Shown: positions 15,448 through 20,000 of the stretch, one piece after another | How positions within the stretch are numbered: position 1 is the stretch's first letter | Layout of the letters: each line of letters opens with the position of its first letter | Source of the DNA: an uncultured virus (IMG/VR IMGVR_UViG_3300034375_006485) | Taxonomy: Duplodnaviria; Heunggongvirae; Uroviricota; Caudoviricetes | Length of the DNA: 20,000 bases | Virus record (IMG/VR): IMGVR_UViG_3300034375_006485 | Direction: 5' to 3' (one strand) | The notes under the pieces: generated by a model | What the model was told of the DNA's origin: nothing | The model's database searches: none | What the model saw: only the letters and a program-made list of their open reading frames with translations | Position numbers and translations under genes: made by a program

Positions 15448-15533
15448 AAGAGACCTCCCTGTTTGTGCATCGTTGAGAGGCATGGGAGGGGTGAGACTTA
15501 TACGAAGTGTGGACCTTCGCTGCTCATAAGACA

Positions 15534-15562
15534 ATCATACCAGTTAAAGATTTGATTGTCAA
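15534..15562 (-). promoter_or_regulatory. Sigma70-type promoter for the tRNA-Arg unit
   Basis: TTGACA (15562-15557), 17 nt, TATGAT (15539-15534) with a TG extension. Confidence 0.8.
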
Positions 15563-15629
15563 GTGTTTTGAGGTCTTACTGGATTTATGAAGTGGCCAGT
15601 TTCTACACTAGTTAAAACCTCATTTTTAT

Positions 15630-15815
15630 TTATTCATCGCCCAAAACAAGATATGTCATTTCTTCTTGATCTGGAGGAATATTGATCCATTCATCAAACT
15701 CTTCTGCAATCGCTACTGCGTCAAACTGAGATTCAATATCACCTTCTGCAAGGTCATGGATTCTATTGATTGACCATTCACGAATAAGTTTTACTGGTTC
15801 AATCGTCTTTTCCAT
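15630..15815 (-). CDS. Small acidic hypothetical protein (start set at MEKTIEP)
   Basis: 61-aa C-terminal part of the ORF-track frame; the upstream part overlaps the GIY-YIG remnant in another frame. Confidence 0.65.
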   Translation of the reverse strand: MEKTIEPVKLIREWSINRIHDLAEGDIESQFDAVAIAEEFDEWINIPPDQEEMTYLVLGDE

Positions 15816-16041
15816 AATAATCTTTTCTGAAGTATCTGCTGAGGATGTTACTATTGTAGTATGCTGGTTCTCCTGTGTCAAGGGATTCGGTGAGGACGTT
15901 GTTCTGGAAGAGTTGTTTTGTTTCTTCAAAGTTTGTTTTGCCTTTTGTTTTGTGGAGGGAGAGGATAGTCCGTCTGAATATCCCCTTGCCATATTTTTCC
16001 ACATCTTCTTTAAGTTCTGGGCAAGATCCATAATAGTTTTT
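15799..16041 (-). pseudogene. C-terminal fragment of the disrupted resident GIY-YIG nuclease
   Basis: KNYYGSCPELKEDVEKYGKGIFRRTILSLHKTKGKTNFEETKQLFQNNVL...YYNSNILSRYF; in-frame stop a few codons upstream. Confidence 0.8.
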
Positions 16042-16080
16042 ATAGGTGTTATCATCTTAAGATATTTATGGAATAAAGTC

Positions 16081-16125
16081 AAGAATATTTTCAGTATAAA
16101 TATTTTTATGGTAGAAAATATTTTT
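16081..16125 (+). promoter_or_regulatory. Hairpin with T4 late promoter TATAAATA (16095-16102) in its loop, abutting the endonuclease start
   Basis: AAGAATATTTTC (16081-16092) / GAAAATATTTTT (16114-16125) stem directly before ATG at 16126. Confidence 0.7.
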
Positions 16126-16830
16126 ATGACTTGGAAGTATAACAGTGAAGATTTTATAGAGTCCCCAAAGGGGATAGAAGGATTTGTTTATCTAATAACA
16201 AACTTAACCAATGATAGAAAATATATTGGAAAGAAATCTTTTTGGACAAGAAGAAAAGATAAAAAAACTGGTAGAAGAAAAACAAAAGAAAGTGATTGGA
16301 AAAATTATTTTGGTTCCTGCGATGAACTAAATGAAGATGTAAAACTTCTTGGTAAAGATATTTTTTTGAGGGAAATTCTTTATTTGTGCCCTCACAAAAA
16401 ATCAATGTCTTACTATGAAACCATGGAACAATTCAAAAGAGATGTTCTAATGACTGATGATTATTATAACACAAATATTGAAGGAAGATTTTTTGTTAGT
16501 GAAAGATCTGGAATATATGAAGTTGTTATGAAAAATGATAAGTTTTGTGATATGAGAAGTGAGAAAATGAAAGACAAATCATATAACCCAATGTATAAAC
16601 CAGAAGTTCGTGAAAAATTTAGTAAGATGTATTCGGGTGAAGGGAATCCAATGTATGGAAGAAAACTCACAGAAGAACATAAAAAAACACTTACTACATC
16701 AAGAAATGTTAGAGTAAGTGATGGAGAAAATGTTTGGGAAAGTGTTACTTCATATATGAAAGATAAAAAAATTGGGTTTAAAAAATATAAAGCACAATTA
16801 CAAGAGGGATTAATTTTTATCGTTAACTAA
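16126..16830 (+). CDS. Seg-like GIY-YIG homing endonuclease with C-terminal NUMOD3-like DNA-binding motif (alternative start 16108)
   Basis: GFVYLITNLTNDRKYIGKK, YFGS, YYN motifs; NPMYKPE and GEGNPMYGRKLTEEHKK; the only convincing plus-strand gene. Confidence 0.88.
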   Translation: MTWKYNSEDFIESPKGIEGFVYLITNLTNDRKYIGKKSFWTRRKDKKTGRRKTKESDWKNYFGSCDELNEDVKLLGKDIFLREILYLCPHKKSMSYYETMEQFKRDVLMTDDYYNTNIEGRFFVSERSGIYEVVMKNDKFCDMRSEKMKDKSYNPMYKPEVREKFSKMYSGEGNPMYGRKLTEEHKKTLTTSRNVRVSDGENVWESVTSYMKDKKIGFKKYKAQLQEGLIFIVN

Positions 16831-16978
16831 TTCTATTATATTTTCTCCCAACGTATTGTCGTTGGTTGGAGAGATTGGTAATGTTATAAACAAAACCAAA
16901 GTAGTCCCCAATATCATCGCTATTAAAAGCTCGTTCCATGTAAATCCAAGGATTTTCATAATCAATATCGATATTCAT
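16823..16978 (-). pseudogene. N-terminal fragment of the disrupted resident GIY-YIG nuclease
   Basis: MNIDIDYENPWIYMERAFNSDDIGDYFGFVYNITNLSNQRQYVGRKY then NRIS*; late-promoter-like CATAAATA at 17012-17005. Confidence 0.8.
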
Positions 16979-17123
16979 CAAGTATATCAAGAACTTTGTT
17001 TAAGTATTTATGAGCAAGATCTCTCTCACCCTTCAATACTGATGAAGGTTCTTGATCTACCTGAGTCTTTAATTTTAGCACACGAACCTTGAGTTCGTCT
17101 TTCTTTACTCCATTGCTTGGCAT
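16962..17123 (-). CDS. Small hypothetical protein (53 aa)
   Basis: Manual translation MPSNGVKKDELKVRVLKLKTQVDQEPSSVLKGERDLAHKYLNKVLDILDEYRY*. Confidence 0.65.
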   Translation of the reverse strand: MPSNGVKKDELKVRVLKLKTQVDQEPSSVLKGERDLAHKYLNKVLDILDEYRY

Positions 17124-17146
17124 AAAAAATGTTGTATCTTCACTAT

Positions 17147-17365
17147 CTATGTTGTTATTCCAGTAAACTCATCAAGCACATCATGATTTCCAAACATAAA
17201 GTCATCATATTCTGCTGCTCGTTTATAAGCATCTAAACAAAGTTTAACTTCATCCTTGCTTGGTTTAGGAGGAGTCAATGGTTCGATTGAATCCATAAAC
17301 TCCCACTCTTCTTTATATTTTTCTATACTATAGCTTGAATCCTGAGAATGTGTTGGACTGGACAT
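17147..17365 (-). CDS. Small hypothetical protein (start uncertain; overlaps nrdB 3' end)
   Basis: 72-aa ORF filling the gap after nrdB on the coding strand. Confidence 0.5.
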   Translation of the reverse strand: MSSPTHSQDSSYSIEKYKEEWEFMDSIEPLTPPKPSKDEVKLCLDAYKRAAEYDDFMFGNHDVLDEFTGITT

Positions 17366-18509
17366 CTTGTTTAATTCCTCCTACTAAGTAAGATTCTGAT
17401 TCAGTCTCCTGAGGAGCAACTTGAAGACCTTTGGAAGAAATCCAATGCTGCGTCCATGGGAGTGGATTATTATTCGCAGAAATATCATACTGAGGTTTTA
17501 ACCCGATTGCTTTTAATCTCCTATTGGCAATCCATTCTACATACTGTTTTAGCAGTTTGTCGTTCAAACCAATCATAGATCCATCTTTGAACAAATAATC
17601 TGCCCACTTCTTTTCTTCATTTACGGCAAGATCAAATGCCTTATAAGTCCACTCTTGTTCTTCATCTATGATCTTTTTCATTTCAGGATCATCACCAGAT
17701 TTCCATTTGTTCAAAATGTTTTGAGTAATTGCAAGATGCTGATTTTCGTCTCTGGCGATGAGAGAGATAATCTTAGCGGATCCTTCCATAAGTTTGAGTT
17801 CTCCAAATGCAAACGAGCAAGCGAAGGAGACATAGAACCTAATACCTTCAAGAATATTGACATTTGCAACTGCTCTGTACAGTTTTCGTTTGACATCATT
17901 GATCTCCCATTTAGAACTTGGTGAAGATCTGAAGTCTTCTTTCCACATATTGCCAGTGCCCCACATTTGAGCACTACGAATAAAGTCATCATATGCTTCT
18001 GTAACGCTTCTAGAACGCTCTAGAATACGCTCGTCAGTGACAATCTTATCAAATACTTCAGATGGGTCTGAATAAACGTTTTTAATGATGTATGTATAAG
18101 AGCGACTATGGATCATTTCCATGAATCCCCACACTTCTATACATGCCTCAAGTTCAGGGAGTGAGCAATATGGAAGGAATGCCATATTAGGTCCACGACC
18201 CTGAATAGAATCAAGCATGATCTGATACTTCAAGTTAGAAGTATAGATGTGTTTCTGTTCTGGTTCTAGTGTTTGATAATCTCCACGATCTTTTTGTAGT
18301 GAGACTTCCTCTGGTCTCCAAAAATATCCAAGTTGTTGAGTAGTAAGTTTATCAAAGATTGGATATTTGTAAGAATCATATCTTTGTGGACCTAAAGGTT
18401 TACCAAAGAACATTGGTTGCTTTTTAGTGTTCACTTGTTCAGTATTAAATACTGTCATACCTTCAATCGTATTAATCTGTTCTTTGGTTGTCAGAAAGTC
18501 GTATTGCAT
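17328..18509 (-). CDS. nrdB: Ribonucleotide reductase class Ia beta subunit
   Basis: FWRPEEV, LDSIQGR, EMIHSRSY (radical Tyr), LEGIRFYVSF, RDENQH, QVAPQETE. Confidence 0.98.
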   Translation of the reverse strand: MQYDFLTTKEQINTIEGMTVFNTEQVNTKKQPMFFGKPLGPQRYDSYKYPIFDKLTTQQLGYFWRPEEVSLQKDRGDYQTLEPEQKHIYTSNLKYQIMLDSIQGRGPNMAFLPYCSLPELEACIEVWGFMEMIHSRSYTYIIKNVYSDPSEVFDKIVTDERILERSRSVTEAYDDFIRSAQMWGTGNMWKEDFRSSPSSKWEINDVKRKLYRAVANVNILEGIRFYVSFACSFAFGELKLMEGSAKIISLIARDENQHLAITQNILNKWKSGDDPEMKKIIDEEQEWTYKAFDLAVNEEKKWADYLFKDGSMIGLNDKLLKQYVEWIANRRLKAIGLKPQYDISANNNPLPWTQHWISSKGLQVAPQETESESYLVGGIKQDVQSNTFSGFKL

Positions 18510-18536
18510 TCGTTGCCTCGTTAAAATATAAAGTCG

Positions 18537-20000
18537 TTAGATTTTGCAGGATTCACAATCCTCTTGTTCATACTCTTCTATTTGATTTAGTAAATCTTGA
18601 AGTTCTGATTTTTCTTCATCAACTTCATCACTCTTACTATCGTAAGTATTTTGATAATAAGATGTCTTCCAACCGTACTTGTATGTGGTTAGTAAGTCTT
18701 TTGCCATTTCCGAAACAGGCACTTCTTTGTTTGGATAGTTTTCTGGATTATAAGACCAGTTTCCACTGATTGCCTGATCAAAGAACTTTTGAATGACTGA
18801 AATGCACTTGATGTATCCGTCATTATTTTCCATATCCCATAGAAGAGTATAGTTATTCTTCAGTGTAGAATAGGATGGAACAATCTGCTTAAGAGGCCCT
18901 TGTTTTGACTTTTTAATGGACAAGTATCCTCTAGGAGGTTCGATTCCATTGGTAGCGTTTGACACAACGGAACTGCTTTCTGAAGGCATTTGTGCGGACA
19001 ATGTTGAGTGCCTAAGACCGTGATCCAAGATGGATGCCCTAAGCTTCTCCCAATCACGTTCTAACTCCTGGTTGCTAATCTCGTCTACATCTTTCTTATA
19101 TGTATCAATCGGAAGAATTCCATCTGCATACTTTGTACGACCAAAGTTTTCGCACCAACCCTTTTCCTTTGCAAGTTGATTAGAAGATTTCAAGAGATAA
19201 AACTGAAATGATTCTGAGAGACCATGAATTGCATCCCATGCTTCCTGAGAGTCATATTTAAACCCTAGTTTAGCAAGGTAATGTGCTAGACCAATAAAAC
19301 CAATTCCAAGGGATCTACGTGCCCTTGTAGCGCGTTCTGCTGCCTTCACAGGATACTCCTGGTAGTCAATCAGTTCTTCGAGTCCACGGACGGAAAGATC
19401 ACACAACTCTTCAAGTTCAGAATCCGATTTAATCTTACCAACATTAATAGCAGAAAGAATACACAGAGCAATCTCACCAAACTCATCATCAATATGAATG
19501 ATAGGATCTGTTGGGAGTGTAATCTCTTGGCAGAGGTTAGACATGTTAACCTTGTCTTTAAAAGATGAGTGTGTATTGGAATGGTCGATATTCATAATGT
19601 AGATACGACCAGTCTCTGCCCTCTCCTTCAGAAGGTTTAGAATGAGTTCTTGAGCACCGATAGTTTTTCTTGGAATAGACTGATCTGATTCATAATCATT
19701 GTATAGTGCATCAAATCTATCAGTACCAAAAGCATCATACAGAACAGGAACGTCGTGCGGACTGAAGAGGGAGATGTCTTGGTTGTTGATGAAACGCTCA
19801 TAGAACAGCTTGCTGATTTGAATGGAGTAATCTAGTTTACGAACTCGGTTATCTTCTGTGCCTTTGTTGTTCTTAAGGACTAGAATGTCTTCGATTTCTT
19901 GGTGCCAGATTGGGAAGTGGACAGTCGCTGATCCACCTCTGATGCCATTCTGAGTGCAGCATCTGACAGTTGCTTCAAACTTTTTGAGGAAAGGGACAAC
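18537..20000 (-). CDS. nrdA: Ribonucleotide reductase class Ia alpha subunit (5' part outside window)
   Basis: Open frame to the window edge (TQNGIRGG, KNNKGTEDNR), SNLCQEI catalytic motif, MPSESSS, KTSYY, terminal CESC. Confidence 0.98.
   Translation of the reverse strand, partial: VVPFLKKFEATVRCCTQNGIRGGSATVHFPIWHQEIEDILVLKNNKGTEDNRVRKLDYSIQISKLFYERFINNQDISLFSPHDVPVLYDAFGTDRFDALYNDYESDQSIPRKTIGAQELILNLLKERAETGRIYIMNIDHSNTHSSFKDKVNMSNLCQEITLPTDPIIHIDDEFGEIALCILSAINVGKIKSDSELEELCDLSVRGLEELIDYQEYPVKAAERATRARRSLGIGFIGLAHYLAKLGFKYDSQEAWDAIHGLSESFQFYLLKSSNQLAKEKGWCENFGRTKYADGILPIDTYKKDVDEISNQELERDWEKLRASILDHGLRHSTLSAQMPSESSSVVSNATNGIEPPRGYLSIKKSKQGPLKQIVPSYSTLKNNYTLLWDMENNDGYIKCISVIQKFFDQAISGNWSYNPENYPNKEVPVSEMAKDLLTTYKYGWKTSYYQNTYDSKSDEVDEEKSELQDLLNQIEEYEQEDCESCKI

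Noticed and set aside
15816..16082. N-terminal extension of the 150-aa minus-strand ORF
   Set aside because: An alternative frame of the GIY-YIG C-terminal fragment with low-complexity S/T/Q-rich translation. Use of an ATG behind the divergent late promoter cannot be fully excluded.
15766..16125. N-terminal extension of the 354-aa plus-strand ORF
   Set aside because: Antisense shadow of the resident GIY-YIG fragment; the late promoter and domain start place the true start at 16108 or 16126.
16042..16837. Endonuclease insert as a self-splicing intron in the resident gene
   Set aside because: No P/Q/R/S elements seen, the ORF is antisense to the host gene, and host codons are missing, so splicing could not restore the gene.
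17328..20000. Intron or intein in nrdB/nrdA
   Set aside because: Both frames are continuous with normal motif spacing within the window.
1..20000. CRISPR array or integrase
   Set aside because: No regularly spaced direct repeats with spacers and no recombinase motifs seen.

Overview
The window is a segment of a T4-like cyanophage (cyanomyovirus) genome, almost entirely on the minus strand. In transcription order (right to left) it begins with nrdA (partial) and nrdB. Next is a resident GIY-YIG nuclease gene, split and partly deleted by an oppositely oriented homologous GIY-YIG/NUMOD3 homing-endonuclease gene. The tRNA region follows: tRNA-Arg(UCU) interrupted by a 209-nt ORF-less group I intron (IC3, trnL-type), immediately followed by a free-standing HNH endonuclease, then tRNA-Gly, tRNA-Ala, a tRNA(CAU), three 3'-only tRNA remnants and many small ORFs. 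A manA/CfrI-like structured RNA with a terminator then precedes an ~11 kb glycan-synthesis island: cupin isomerase, gmd, fcl/colC, colD-like dehydratase, GT10, GT11, sulfotransferase, GT25, GT6, HtrL-like and a GT4-GT25 fusion, with a displaced gmd 3' remnant near its far end. The window ends with heme oxygenase ho1 and the start of a CpeT-like lyase. The most notable candidate system is the intron-split tRNA-Arg plus adjacent late-regulated HNH endonuclease (possible tRNA-targeted collaborative homing). All calls come from manual reading of the sequence and motif recognition; no database searches were run.
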